64,000 bases of DNA from a bacterium (GCA_963675755.2 CAXXMD010000001.1:256001-320000); one strand, 5' to 3'; shown: positions 36,822 to 47,870, numbered from the stretch's first letter. The notes: generated by a model from the letters alone, not told the origin. Numbers and translations are program-made.

Positions 36822-38087
36822 ATGAAAATTTGGAATTTGGTTATCAAAGAGATCATTCAGCGGAAATTGAATTTTACTCTTGGCTTGATCTCGGTTATCA
36901 TTGCCGTTACCGCTCTTGCCGGTTCTGTATTCATGTTACGAATACATGATTTGCAAACCGAAGAGATTATTGCTAATAAGCAAAAAGAGACCGAAGAAAG
37001 AATGGCTCTTTTAAAAGATGATTACCGCAAAATCATGAAGTTGTTGGGATTCAATCTGCTCATTCTGCCGGAAAATCAAAATCTGGCAGATTTGTATGCA
37101 AACGATTATGCTACACAATATATGAGTGAAGATTATGTTACAAAGCTCTCCAACTCTAAAATGATGTCCATTCGACACTTACTCCCGAGTATAGAACAAA
37201 AAGTAAAGTGGCCGGAAGAAAAAAGGACTATAATTCTCATCGGTACCCGGGGTGAAGTCCCTTTTGCGCATCGTGATCCCAAAGAACCCATGTTGATTGC
37301 CGTCCCCAAAGACAGCCTGGTAATGGGTTACGAGTTGTGGAACAGTATTGGTTTAAAGGTGGGAGATACGGTTAAATTATTTGACAGAAATTTTTCTATC
37401 CAAAAGTGTAACGAAGAACGTGGAAGCAAGGATGATATTTCAATCTGGGTAGAGCTTGCTCAAGCTCAGGATATCCTCAACCGTCCCAATCAGATCAATG
37501 CAATCCTTGCATTAAAATGTCATTGTTTTGGTAATAATATTTCCCAGGTACGGGATGAAATTAAAGCTATTTTGCCCGGTACCAAAGTCATTGAAAAAGA
37601 TACCAAGGTTGTAACCCGTGCAGAAGCCCGTGACAGGGCAGCCTTGGAAGCCCAGCAGGCAATTGATGCTGAAATAGCGAATCGGCAGGCTATGAAGGAG
37701 GAACGCGAAAAATTGCTTTCCATTCTGCTTCCTCTTATATTACTTGCATGTGCCGTTTGGATTGTACTTTTATTCATTATTAATGTACGGGAACGTAAAA
37801 GTGAGATCGGTATTCTACGGGCTATTGGTGTGCATTCATCGGCAATCTTAAGACTTTTTCTCATCAAAGCTTTAATTATGGGAGTTGCAGGTGGCTTGCT
37901 GGGATACATGCTTGCCTTTATTACCGGTAAATTGTTTTATAATGTCTTGACTCTTATGAGCGTATCAGGACCGGAATTGTTTTTTACTGCAATCATCATG
38001 TCTACTCTGCTGGCAGTTATTGCAAGTTGGGTACCCGCATTACTGGCTTCAAAACAAGATCCTGCAGAAATATTGAGAGAGGAGTAG
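36822..38087 (+). CDS. MacB/FtsX-type ABC transporter permease
   Basis: One N-terminal TM, large periplasmic loop, NVRERKSEIGILRAIG, PA..AS..DPAEILREE. Confidence 0.9.
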   Translation: MKIWNLVIKEIIQRKLNFTLGLISVIIAVTALAGSVFMLRIHDLQTEEIIANKQKETEERMALLKDDYRKIMKLLGFNLLILPENQNLADLYANDYATQYMSEDYVTKLSNSKMMSIRHLLPSIEQKVKWPEEKRTIILIGTRGEVPFAHRDPKEPMLIAVPKDSLVMGYELWNSIGLKVGDTVKLFDRNFSIQKCNEERGSKDDISIWVELAQAQDILNRPNQINAILALKCHCFGNNISQVRDEIKAILPGTKVIEKDTKVVTRAEARDRAALEAQQAIDAEIANRQAMKEEREKLLSILLPLILLACAVWIVLLFIINVRERKSEIGILRAIGVHSSAILRLFLIKALIMGVAGGLLGYMLAFITGKLFYNVLTLMSVSGPELFFTAIIMSTLLAVIASWVPALLASKQDPAEILREE

Positions 38088-38090
38088 ACA

Positions 38091-38726
38091 TTGCTTAAAC
38101 TGGAACATGTAAATAAAGCTTATAATAAAGACCACCATAAAGTAGATGTATTGACCGATTTTACATTAGAAATTGGTAAAGGCGAATTTGTTGCCATTAA
38201 AGGTCCCAGTGGTTGTGGTAAAACCACATTGTTATTGATTGCCGGCGGGCTGTTAGAACCCGATTCCGGCGAGGTTATTGTTAATAATGAAAATATGTAT
38301 CAAAAAAGCCCTGAAGAACGTTCCATGTTTCGAGCAGGAAATATTGGATTTGTTTTTCAACAATATCATCTCATTCCATATTTAACGGTTTTGGAAAACA
38401 TCATGGCTCCCGGTCTTGCCAAAGGTGTTCATGTAGAAACAGATAAAGCATATGAACTTTTGGAACGATTTGGAATTGCTCATCGTGCCAAACATGTACC
38501 GGGTGAAATGAGTGTGGGAGAAAAGCAGCGCGTTGCTTTGGCCAGAGCTTTGGTTAATGAGCCTGCAATACTGTTAGCAGATGAAATTACCGGTAATCTG
38601 GATGAAAAAAATATCGATATTGTAACCGGTTATCTTGATGATTATCATCAAAAGGGAGGTACAATCGTTCTTGTAACTCATGATCACAATACCGCGGAAA
38701 AAGCTGAAAAAATAATTTCATTATAA
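38091..38726 (+). CDS. ABC transporter ATP-binding protein (LolD/MacB-like)
   Basis: TTG start; GPSGCGKTT, IGFVFQ, MSVGEKQRVALARAL, LLADE.TGNLD, VTHD. Confidence 0.93.
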   Translation: MLKLEHVNKAYNKDHHKVDVLTDFTLEIGKGEFVAIKGPSGCGKTTLLLIAGGLLEPDSGEVIVNNENMYQKSPEERSMFRAGNIGFVFQQYHLIPYLTVLENIMAPGLAKGVHVETDKAYELLERFGIAHRAKHVPGEMSVGEKQRVALARALVNEPAILLADEITGNLDEKNIDIVTGYLDDYHQKGGTIVLVTHDHNTAEKAEKIISL

Positions 38727-38743
38727 ATATATCAAGGGTAGAT

Positions 38744-41700
38744 ATGAAAAAAGCAGTATTTATGGTTTTTACAGTTTTAATTCTGACATCTGTTGTTACA
38801 AATGTTTTTGCTGTAGACTGGCCCATGTGGCGTTTTGATGAGGGTAGAAGTGCATGCTCAACAGAGCAATTGCCAGATCAGTTGGATGCAATTTGGTCCT
38901 GGAAATTCAGCCCTCGTGAACCGGTCTGGGATGATCCCCTAAACCGCGATATGATGCAATATGATAAACAGTTTGAACCCATTGTTTTGGGAAATACATT
39001 GTTTGTAGGCTTTAATGATAAAGACAAGGTTGTTGCCATAGATACAGAAAGCGGCCAGGTAAAGTGGAGTTTTTATGCGGACGGACCGGTTAGGATGCCG
39101 TTGGCAGGCAGAAATGGCAAACTCTATTTTACCAGTGATGATGGTTTTTTGTATTGTCTTTCTGCGATAAGCGGAGAGGTTTTGTGGAAGTTCCAGGGAG
39201 GTCCGCTTGACCGTAAAATACTGGGGAATAAACGCTTGATCTCATCCTGGCCCGCACGTGGTGGTGTTGTATTAAAAGACGACAAGGTTTATTTTGCTGC
39301 CAGTATCTGGCCGTTAATGGGTACATTTATTTATTCGCTTGATGCAGAAACCGGAAAGGTTGTTTGGCGTAACGAAGGTATGGGCTCCCGTTATATGCTG
39401 CAGCCCCACAATTCGCCGGCTTTTGCCAGTATTGCTCCCCAAGGGACCTTTGTAGTGAGTGGTGATTATCTGTTAATTCCCGGTGGCAGGTCTGTACCGG
39501 CATGTTTTGACCGTCATACCGGGGAAATGATCTATTACCATCTAGCGGATTATAACAAGAATGGTGGTGCATTTGTTTGCGCCAATGATACTTATTTTTT
39601 CAATCATGCGCGTGACAGAGAAACCAATCTATTCGATCTGAAAACCGGAGAACGGTTATTGCACAATTTGGGCAAGTATCCTGTACTGGATGACAAGGTC
39701 TTTTACATGTCAGGTGATTCTATTATTGTGCGTAATGCCCTTGATCCGGAAAAAATATTATCAGTTATCCAGGTTGAAGCGAATGGTGATCTGATCAAAG
39801 CAGGTAACTTTCTTTATGCAGGAGGAAAAGATCATATTACCTGTATTGATGTAAACGACAGTGAGAATCAAGGTAGGATCAAGTGGACCCAAAAAATTGA
39901 TGGTACTATCGCTCGATTAATAGCTGCCAATGAAAAACTATTTGCCGTAACAACAAAAGGTGAAATTTTAGCTTTTGGAACCAGGTCATCATCTTTTAAT
40001 CAGTATGCTGAAAACAAATCGGATGATTTTAAAATTGATAAATCTATCTCGAAAATTCTTGAACAAACAGATACCCAAGAAGGTTATGCACTGTATTATG
40101 GAATTGATAAAGATAAACTCGCAAGTTTTGCAAAGCAATCCGAGTTTTCCATTATTGCGTTTGAAGCGGATCCTAATAAAGTTGATGGATTGCGAAAAGA
40201 ATTTGATGCTAATGGATTGTTGAGTGCAAAATTGAGCATTTTACCGGGTGAACCGGAAACCGCATCCGTACCTCCATATATGGCTTCATTGATTGTGGTG
40301 AATAATGTTGACCGTATTCGAAAAATGAATGATTTGAATAGCCTTGCACATCTGTTTGATGCAATTCGTCCATATGGTGGTAAAATGTGGATGCCCGATA
40401 AAAAAGGTTTGTTTGAAAAATTGACCAATTTTGCCAAAGGTTATTCTGAAAGTGAATTGAATGTTGAAAAAGTCAAAGACGGTATTGTTGTTTGTAAAAC
40501 CGGCCCTTTAAAAGGTGCCTCAAACTGGACCCATCAGTATGGAAATATCTCCAACACGGTAAAGTCGGATGATGAACTGGTAAAATTGCCTCTGGGTATT
40601 CTCTGGTTTGGCGGTAACTCGAATCTGGAAGTATTACCCCGACATGGGCATGGCCCCCCGGAACAGATTATGGATGGACGTTTAATCATTGAAGGAATGG
40701 ATTGTATCAGTGCACGTGATGTATATACCGGGCGGGTTTTTTGGAAAACTGAACTGGACTGTACGAATGTTTATGATACCTATTATGATGAATCCTATAC
40801 TGATACACCATTGGTTGCAACATATAACCAGGAGCATTTACCCGGTGCAAATTCACGCAATACCAATTTTGTTGTAACCAAAGATAATGTGTACGTCCTG
40901 GAAAATGACACCTGCCGTGTGTTGGATATTGAAACCGGCAAAGATGTTAAAAAAATTATGCTGCCTGCTCAGGAAAATGAACAACCCGAGTGGGGATATA
41001 TTGGTATTGTTCAAGATCTGCTCATTGCAGGATCAGATTTTGTTCCATTTTCAGCAATGACACCGTTAACCAAAGAAGACGAAGCGGCAATGGCAGAAAT
41101 GTCTCGAAAAAATCGCCGCAAAGAAAAAATATGGGGTGATTTTGATGATACCGCTAGTAAAGAATTGGTCATTCTGGATCGTCATACCGCTCAAGTCAAA
41201 TGGGAACAATCATCGCGATATGGATTTATTCATAATGCCATAACAGCATCTGACGAACTTTTATACTGTCTGGACAAGCTTCCACCCGGTGTTGAAAAGA
41301 AAATGCAGCGTCGTGGTATGGATGCACCAACCGATTATCGATTAATAGCATATGATTTGGAAAGCGGCAAACCCGCATGGACGATAACAGAAGGTGTTTT
41401 TGGGAGCTGGCTCAGTTATTCCAAACAATATAATCGTCTCATTCAGGCAACACGTCCTTCACGAGATATGATACGCGGTGAAGATGGTGAGAGAATGTCA
41501 GTTTACAATGCCACCACTGGCGAGCTGATTTGGGACAAACCCATAGAATATCATAATCCTCCGATATTGCATGGTGATCGAATCATTACAGATAATGCAG
41601 CTTATAACCTGGAAACAGGTGAAGCAATCTTTAGAACGGATCCCATTACCGATCAGAAAATACAATGGACCTATTCACGAGCTTATGGTTGTAATTATAA

Positions 41701-42484
41701 TATTGCCAGTGAATACCTGCTTTCCTTTCGTTCAGCAGCAGCAGGATTTTATGATCTTTATCGTGAAAGTGGTACCGGTAATTTTGGTGGATTCAAATCC
41801 GGCTGTACTTCCAATCTGATAGCCGCAGGCGGACTGCTAAACGCTCCCGACTATACCCGTACCTGTCAATGCTCGTATCAGAATCAAACATCACTGGCGT
41901 TTATACATATGCCGGAGTTGGAATACTGGACGACCAATGATTTTGAGTGGAACGGCAGTGCTATACAACATGTGGGAATTAATCTGAATGCACCTGGTGA
42001 TCGTATTGATGACAACGGTACATTGTGGATGGATTATCCCAGTGTGGGTGGAAAATCACCGGATATACCCATCAAGATCGATTCTCTTGGAATAAGTGAT
42101 ATACGTAGGCATTCACTCTTTTTAGATCAAAATGGTTTTGAATGGATTGGAGCTTCTGCATTGACCGGTCCCATTGATCTGGATATTACAGTCGATAATG
42201 CTACAAATATTGAGCATATTTACAATATCAATCTGGTTTTTGCCGAGTTGGAAGATATGGAGCCCGGTGAGCGTGTGTTTGATGTCTATATTCAGGGTAT
42301 CAAAGTTCTTGCAGATTTTGATGTTGTCAAAGAAGCCGGGGGACAAGATCTCCCCATCACTCGATCATTTGAAGATATTAAAGTTACTCAAGATGTTGAA
42401 ATCCGTTGTGTTTCGGTGAATGGCTCTCAGGCAGATCCTTTATTGTGTGGAGTTGAATTGATAAATGCTTCATTCAGGCAATAA
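38744..42484 (+). CDS. Large exported protein: PQQ-type beta-propeller + degenerate methyltransferase-like domain + second propeller + malectin-like domain
   Basis: DWPMWRFD.GRS, repeated A.D..TG.V.W, NWTHQYG, C-terminal LVFAELE...GERVFDVYIQG..VL.DFDV.KEAGG. Confidence 0.8.
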   Translation: MKKAVFMVFTVLILTSVVTNVFAVDWPMWRFDEGRSACSTEQLPDQLDAIWSWKFSPREPVWDDPLNRDMMQYDKQFEPIVLGNTLFVGFNDKDKVVAIDTESGQVKWSFYADGPVRMPLAGRNGKLYFTSDDGFLYCLSAISGEVLWKFQGGPLDRKILGNKRLISSWPARGGVVLKDDKVYFAASIWPLMGTFIYSLDAETGKVVWRNEGMGSRYMLQPHNSPAFASIAPQGTFVVSGDYLLIPGGRSVPACFDRHTGEMIYYHLADYNKNGGAFVCANDTYFFNHARDRETNLFDLKTGERLLHNLGKYPVLDDKVFYMSGDSIIVRNALDPEKILSVIQVEANGDLIKAGNFLYAGGKDHITCIDVNDSENQGRIKWTQKIDGTIARLIAANEKLFAVTTKGEILAFGTRSSSFNQYAENKSDDFKIDKSISKILEQTDTQEGYALYYGIDKDKLASFAKQSEFSIIAFEADPNKVDGLRKEFDANGLLSAKLSILPGEPETASVPPYMASLIVVNNVDRIRKMNDLNSLAHLFDAIRPYGGKMWMPDKKGLFEKLTNFAKGYSESELNVEKVKDGIVVCKTGPLKGASNWTHQYGNISNTVKSDDELVKLPLGILWFGGNSNLEVLPRHGHGPPEQIMDGRLIIEGMDCISARDVYTGRVFWKTELDCTNVYDTYYDESYTDTPLVATYNQEHLPGANSRNTNFVVTKDNVYVLENDTCRVLDIETGKDVKKIMLPAQENEQPEWGYIGIVQDLLIAGSDFVPFSAMTPLTKEDEAAMAEMSRKNRRKEKIWGDFDDTASKELVILDRHTAQVKWEQSSRYGFIHNAITASDELLYCLDKLPPGVEKKMQRRGMDAPTDYRLIAYDLESGKPAWTITEGVFGSWLSYSKQYNRLIQATRPSRDMIRGEDGERMSVYNATTGELIWDKPIEYHNPPILHGDRIITDNAAYNLETGEAIFRTDPITDQKIQWTYSRAYGCNYNIASEYLLSFRSAAAGFYDLYRESGTGNFGGFKSGCTSNLIAAGGLLNAPDYTRTCQCSYQNQTSLAFIHMPELEYWTTNDFEWNGSAIQHVGINLNAPGDRIDDNGTLWMDYPSVGGKSPDIPIKIDSLGISDIRRHSLFLDQNGFEWIGASALTGPIDLDITVDNATNIEHIYNINLVFAELEDMEPGERVFDVYIQGIKVLADFDVVKEAGGQDLPITRSFEDIKVTQDVEIRCVSVNGSQADPLLCGVELINASFRQ

Positions 42485-42630
42485 AGAGTAATGCACATAC
42501 AAATGAAATTGATTTGATTATTATCCCTTTTTTATAATTGGAAATATTACAGACTGTCTTTATAATTATGAGACAGTCTGTTTTATATAGCATTTATAAT
42601 TTTTTTTATACTGAAACGAAAAGGAGCAAA

Positions 42631-44940
42631 ATGAAACAAAGTCTAATCTCCATTATGGTTGTATTTTTACTATCTCTTTTTTCTTGCAGTCAGAAAACTG
42701 AATGGATTGATTATGTTGACCCGTTGATTGGTACGGGCCCCAGTACAACTAAAAGTAATATGAAGCATGGATCTGAACATGTAAATTATGCAAATGCTCA
42801 GGTCATTCCGGCAGTTACCATGCCGTTTGGGATGACAAACTGGACTCCCCAAACCCGGGAAACTGAAAAAAAATGTAATGCGCCATTCTATTATACTGAT
42901 CCCTATATCCAGGGATTCCGGGCCAGTCATTGGTTAAGTGGATCCTGTGCACAGGATTACGGCAGTTTTACTATTATGCCGGTTACCGGTGAATTAAAAT
43001 GTGCTCCATCTGTTCGTGGTGCCCATTTTGACCAGAATGCACAAATTACATCTCCGGCGTATTATGCCGTAGAATTGGAAGATTATCATGTAAAAGCTGA
43101 AATGACAGCATCAACCCGAAGTGCAATTTTTCGTTTCACTTTTGAAAATGCAGATTCTGCATTTATTCTCATTGATACCAACAGCGATGAAGGACAAGGC
43201 TTTATTCAGGTGAATCACGAGGCAAATGAGATTGTAGGTTATAATCCTGTTCACAGACTTTATCAGGGAATTGGTAAATATGCAGGATTTAAAGGATATT
43301 TTGTGATAAAGTTCGATAAACCGTTGCAGAATTTTGGTGTTTATCAGGAGAATACGCCGAAATACAAACAAAACAATATAAAAGATGAAAACAATATCGG
43401 CGGGTTTGCCGCTTTTCAGGTTAAAGCCGGTGATGAGTTATTGGTCAAAGCCGCGTCATCTTTTACCAGTATTGAACAGGCCAGAAAAAATCTGGATACA
43501 GAAATTCCAAATTGGGATTTTGAAAAAGTACATCAAAATATTCGTGACCATTGGAATGATTTATTGGGTCGTTACGAGATCAAATCCAAAAATAAAGATG
43601 ATTATGTTAAATTCTATACATCCATATACCATTGCTATCAACAACCCAGAATTGTAAATGATGTTGATGGTACCTATACCGGATTTGCACAGGATGATAA
43701 TGTATATCAAGCTGATGGATTTAATTATTTTGACGATTTTTCCATGTGGGATACATACAGAGCATTACATCCCTTGTATACCATCATGAACACCAAAGAA
43801 ACTATTTCGATGTTAAAATCCATTGTTATGAAAGCAGAGCAGGGCGGCTGGCTGCCAATTTTCCCCATGTACAACAGTTATACTTCTGCAATGATTGGTG
43901 ATCATATGATTTCTCTGGTTGGCGATGCATATATGAAAGGAATTGATGATTTTGATGTTGAAACCGCATATAAATATATGCGTCAGAATGCGTTCGAGTC
44001 TCCCGAGTCTTTAGATGATTATGCAGATGGCAAAGGACGACGTTCTTTGGGATCATATCTTAAATACGGATATATTCCGGTTGAAGATCCGGTACTTTAT
44101 GCTTTTCATAAACGGGAACAGAGTTCACGCACACTGGAATATGCTTATGATGATTTTGTACTTGCCGAAATTGCACAAAAACTGGGCAAAACAGATGATT
44201 ATAACAAACTCCTGGAACGGGCGCAATATTATAAAAATGTATTTGATCCAAATCTCGGGTATCTGCGCGGTAAACACCAAGATGGCAGCTGGGTTAAAGA
44301 TGCGGATTATAAAAAGCCACAACGATATGTTACCGAAGCAACACCTTTTCACTATTCCTGGTATGTTCCACATGATGTAGCGGGCCTGATTGATATAATG
44401 GGTGGTGCCGATTCTTTTACAGCAAGGCTGGATACTTTTTTTGTAGAAACCCACTATTGGCATGGAAACGAACCCAGTCATCAGGTGGTGTATATGTACA
44501 ATTATGCAGGGTATCCTGAAAAAGCACAAAAGACTATCCGTAATATTTTAAAAGAAGAATATGATGTGGGCCCAGGCGGTTTGAGCGGTAATGACGATTC
44601 GGGACAAATGTCTGCGTGGTATTTGTTTTCTGCTTTAGGCTTTTATCCGGTGTGCCCGGGTGTTCCTGAATATGTAATTGGAACACCATCATTTGATATC
44701 GTAACATTAACATTGGAAAATGATCGTAAATTCAAAATTATAGCTCACAATAATTCTGATGAAAATTGTTATATTGAATCCATTAAACTCAATGGTAATG
44801 ACTATAATAAAACATTTATTACTCATAAAGATATTGTGGCAGGTGGGAAATTGGAGTTCTTTATGACTTTTGATCCCAATACGGGTTGGGGAAGTGATAA
44901 TGATTCTGTTCCTTATTCTTTGTCAAATACAATACAGTAA
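42631..44940 (+). CDS. GH92 family alpha-mannosidase, lipoprotein
   Basis: Lipobox LFSC, YVDPLIGT, SMWDTYRALHPL, TEA.PFHYSWYVPHD, YWHGNEPSH, GNDDSGQMSAWY; SD AGGAG. Confidence 0.93.
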   Translation: MKQSLISIMVVFLLSLFSCSQKTEWIDYVDPLIGTGPSTTKSNMKHGSEHVNYANAQVIPAVTMPFGMTNWTPQTRETEKKCNAPFYYTDPYIQGFRASHWLSGSCAQDYGSFTIMPVTGELKCAPSVRGAHFDQNAQITSPAYYAVELEDYHVKAEMTASTRSAIFRFTFENADSAFILIDTNSDEGQGFIQVNHEANEIVGYNPVHRLYQGIGKYAGFKGYFVIKFDKPLQNFGVYQENTPKYKQNNIKDENNIGGFAAFQVKAGDELLVKAASSFTSIEQARKNLDTEIPNWDFEKVHQNIRDHWNDLLGRYEIKSKNKDDYVKFYTSIYHCYQQPRIVNDVDGTYTGFAQDDNVYQADGFNYFDDFSMWDTYRALHPLYTIMNTKETISMLKSIVMKAEQGGWLPIFPMYNSYTSAMIGDHMISLVGDAYMKGIDDFDVETAYKYMRQNAFESPESLDDYADGKGRRSLGSYLKYGYIPVEDPVLYAFHKREQSSRTLEYAYDDFVLAEIAQKLGKTDDYNKLLERAQYYKNVFDPNLGYLRGKHQDGSWVKDADYKKPQRYVTEATPFHYSWYVPHDVAGLIDIMGGADSFTARLDTFFVETHYWHGNEPSHQVVYMYNYAGYPEKAQKTIRNILKEEYDVGPGGLSGNDDSGQMSAWYLFSALGFYPVCPGVPEYVIGTPSFDIVTLTLENDRKFKIIAHNNSDENCYIESIKLNGNDYNKTFITHKDIVAGGKLEFFMTFDPNTGWGSDNDSVPYSLSNTIQ

Positions 44941-44967
44941 TATTTAATATTATTTATAAAATTAAAA

Positions 44968-45010
44968 TCCCGTCATGTCAAATTTTTGAAATGTGACGGG
45001 AGATTTATTT
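44968..45010 (+). terminator. Probable terminator hairpin
   Basis: TCCCGTCA...TGACGGGA stem followed by T-rich tail. Confidence 0.55.
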
Positions 45011-45209
45011 GTCTAATAACGGATGCTGTTAAAGTGTGTTTTTAGAAAAAACATTGAGATTTAATAAAAAATAACTATATTAAAAAATATTTATTTTATC
45101 GCAAATATATTATGTTGTTGTAATAAAGTAGCAGAGATTAGCAGGCACCTTTTCTGATAATTTAATCTGATTTGATATTATTCTCATTAAATTTTAAAAC
45201 GGATAAAAA

Positions 45210-47249
45210 ATGCGTAAAATAATTTTCTACTCTATTGTAATATTTTTTACATCAATTCTGTCAGCCGCTGATTTGACCAGGTATGTTGATCCATTTATCT
45301 GTTCGGCAGGAGATCATGGACAACTTGATCCATCTGCAAATGTTCCCTTTGGGATGATCAAATTGGGGCCCCAGACGCTTCCCGGTGGTCATACCGGATA
45401 TGATTATAATGCCAAAGAAATATCTGGTTTTACCCACACCCGCTTGATGGGAGTAGGGTGCAGTGGCGCAGGTGGAGTACTGTTAACCAAGCCAGGATTA
45501 GGTGAGCCGAATGCAGACGCCGTAGAATATCTCAAAAATAGCGAAACTGCTACTCCTGGTTACTATGCTGTTAAATTTACCAATGGCATTCAGGCCGAGA
45601 TGACAATTAATCAACATGTGGGTTTGCAGCGTTTTACTTTTCCTCAATCCGATAAATCATTTATCATGATTGATCCGGCTTCTTCAATAGAGCAGGTACT
45701 CAGTTCTGAATATAAAATTAAATCTAACCGTGAAATTACTGGTAGAATAACTGCGCGTAATAATTGTAAGTTTGGCATGTACACCAATTATTATGTTATT
45801 ACTTTTGATAAGGCATTTGATTCTGTTGAAGAAAAAGACGGCAAAGTATTTCTGGTTTTTTCTTTAAAGCAAAATGATACTGTCAACATGAGTACAGCAC
45901 TTTCTCCGTTAAGTGTTGAACAGGCCAGAGAGGATTTGTACTCTGCATTACAAAACAAGTCTTTTGATACAGTTAAAGCAGAAGCACAGCAGGCCTGGGA
46001 GAAAATTTTTGAACGGGTTGTTGTTGAGGGTAAAGAAGAGTATAAAACCTTGTTTTATACCCATCTGTATCATTCCAGTTTATCTCCGTTCAACAGTACC
46101 AGCTCTTCCGGTACGTACAGGGGAACGGACAATAAAATTTACAAAGCTGAAGGTTATACCCATTACGATTCATGGTCCATTTGGGATACATTTCGCACAA
46201 AATTTCCCCTTGTAACTTTGCTTGAACCCGGTTTGATGCGGGATTTTTGTTTGTCACTGGTTGATTTGTACAATACAGGTTTAACGTATCAGCCGAGTAA
46301 TAGTGAACCCATTGTTACCTGCCGTACTGAGCATGCATCTATAGTTTTACTGGATGCGTGGAAAAAGGGCATTCCTTTTGATTTAAAAGCGGTTTATCCC
46401 AAGCTGGTAGAAGAAACAAAACAGTTTTCTACCGATTCTCCTGATAAAAAGCTGGAAGCAGCATATGATTATTGGGGATTAGCAGAAATTGCTAAAATCG
46501 TAGGAAATGATGCTGACTATGTTAAATATTCCAAAATGGCCGGTATGTATAAAGACATCTGGGTGGAAAAATTCAAAGTCATGAATGAAAATGCAGACAT
46601 CATGCATGGTGATGGATTATATGAAGGAACACTTTGGCAGTATCGCTGGTTTGTTCCCCAGGATATTTCGGGATTGTTGGAATTGTTTGAAGGAAAAGAC
46701 AATTACACTCAAGATTTAACCTATTTTTATGAAAATGATCTTTATAATCACGGTAATCAACCGGATATACATGTGCCGTTCATGTTTGCATTCAGCAACT
46801 CACCCTGGTTATCTCAAAAGTGGGTGAATGAAATATTAACCAAAGAAACAAAAAATTATTATGGTACCCATGTGAAATGGGACAAACCTTTTGTTGGTAG
46901 AATCTATAATACCAGTCCGCAAGGCTATATTCCAGAGATGGATGACGATGATGGAACCATGTCTGCCTGGTATGTTTTTGCAGCAATGGGGCTATATCCG
47001 TATTGTGTAGGTAAACCTGAATACGTGATAACCACCCCAATTTTTGACAACATCAAGATAGATCTTGAAAATGGTAATCCGTTAGAAATTAAAACCAAAA
47101 ACTTTTCTGATGAAAATTACTATATTCAATCTGTAACGTTTAATGGAAAAAAAATAAATTCGGCAATAATTACCCACGAGCAGCTGATGGAAGGCGGCGT
47201 TCTGGAGTATGAATTGGGAAACAAGCCCAATACTAAATTATTCAAGTAA
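45210..47249 (+). CDS. GH92 family glycoside hydrolase (short divergent subtype)
   Basis: Signal peptide, YVDPFI, WSIWDTFRTKFPL, LYEGTLWQYRWFVPQD, HGNQPDIH, EMDDDDGTMSAWY. Confidence 0.9.
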   Translation: MRKIIFYSIVIFFTSILSAADLTRYVDPFICSAGDHGQLDPSANVPFGMIKLGPQTLPGGHTGYDYNAKEISGFTHTRLMGVGCSGAGGVLLTKPGLGEPNADAVEYLKNSETATPGYYAVKFTNGIQAEMTINQHVGLQRFTFPQSDKSFIMIDPASSIEQVLSSEYKIKSNREITGRITARNNCKFGMYTNYYVITFDKAFDSVEEKDGKVFLVFSLKQNDTVNMSTALSPLSVEQAREDLYSALQNKSFDTVKAEAQQAWEKIFERVVVEGKEEYKTLFYTHLYHSSLSPFNSTSSSGTYRGTDNKIYKAEGYTHYDSWSIWDTFRTKFPLVTLLEPGLMRDFCLSLVDLYNTGLTYQPSNSEPIVTCRTEHASIVLLDAWKKGIPFDLKAVYPKLVEETKQFSTDSPDKKLEAAYDYWGLAEIAKIVGNDADYVKYSKMAGMYKDIWVEKFKVMNENADIMHGDGLYEGTLWQYRWFVPQDISGLLELFEGKDNYTQDLTYFYENDLYNHGNQPDIHVPFMFAFSNSPWLSQKWVNEILTKETKNYYGTHVKWDKPFVGRIYNTSPQGYIPEMDDDDGTMSAWYVFAAMGLYPYCVGKPEYVITTPIFDNIKIDLENGNPLEIKTKNFSDENYYIQSVTFNGKKINSAIITHEQLMEGGVLEYELGNKPNTKLFK

Positions 47250-47285
47250 TCCACCAAACCGAATTGAAAAACAGGAGTATACTTT

Positions 47286-47855
47286 ATGAACCCCGCAATT
47301 AAAGATGCAATTGCCTTCCATAAACAGGCAATTGATGAATTTGAAAAAAACAGCCCGGCGTTATTACAAGAGATCGCCGATGCAATTACTAAAAGTTTGA
47401 ATAACAAAGGTACAGTTTACCTTTGTGGTAATGGTGGCTCTGCTGCCGATTGCCAGCATATAGCAGGTGAATTTGTAGGACGTTTTCGCAAAGAACGCAA
47501 AGCATTACCGGGAGTGGCATTGTCAACAGATACTTCAGTAATTACATGTCTTGGCAATGATTATGATTATAAAGATATTTTTTCACGTCAGGTTGAAGCT
47601 TTAATGGACAGCCAGGATATGTTGTGGGCATTTTCCACCAGTGGTACATCTGCAAATGTTATCAAAGCTGCAAAAGCAGCCAAAGAAAAAGGCGCCAAGG
47701 TTATAGCTTTTACCGGAAAAAGCAACAGCGAACTGGAAAAGATATCTGATTATTGTATCTGTGCAAACGCCAACTGGACCAGCACTTCTCAGGAAGTACA
47801 TCAGCTTTCTTACCATATAATATGTGATATTGTCGAACAGAACTTTGTAGAATAG
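47286..47855 (+). CDS. gmhA: Phosphoheptose (sedoheptulose-7-phosphate) isomerase-like SIS protein
   Basis: CGNGGSAADCQHIAGEFVGRF, GNDY...FSRQVEAL, STSG.S.NV, QEVH...HIIC. Confidence 0.88.
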   Translation: MNPAIKDAIAFHKQAIDEFEKNSPALLQEIADAITKSLNNKGTVYLCGNGGSAADCQHIAGEFVGRFRKERKALPGVALSTDTSVITCLGNDYDYKDIFSRQVEALMDSQDMLWAFSTSGTSANVIKAAKAAKEKGAKVIAFTGKSNSELEKISDYCICANANWTSTSQEVHQLSYHIICDIVEQNFVE

Positions 47856-47870
47856 AAATTTGAGGGAATA

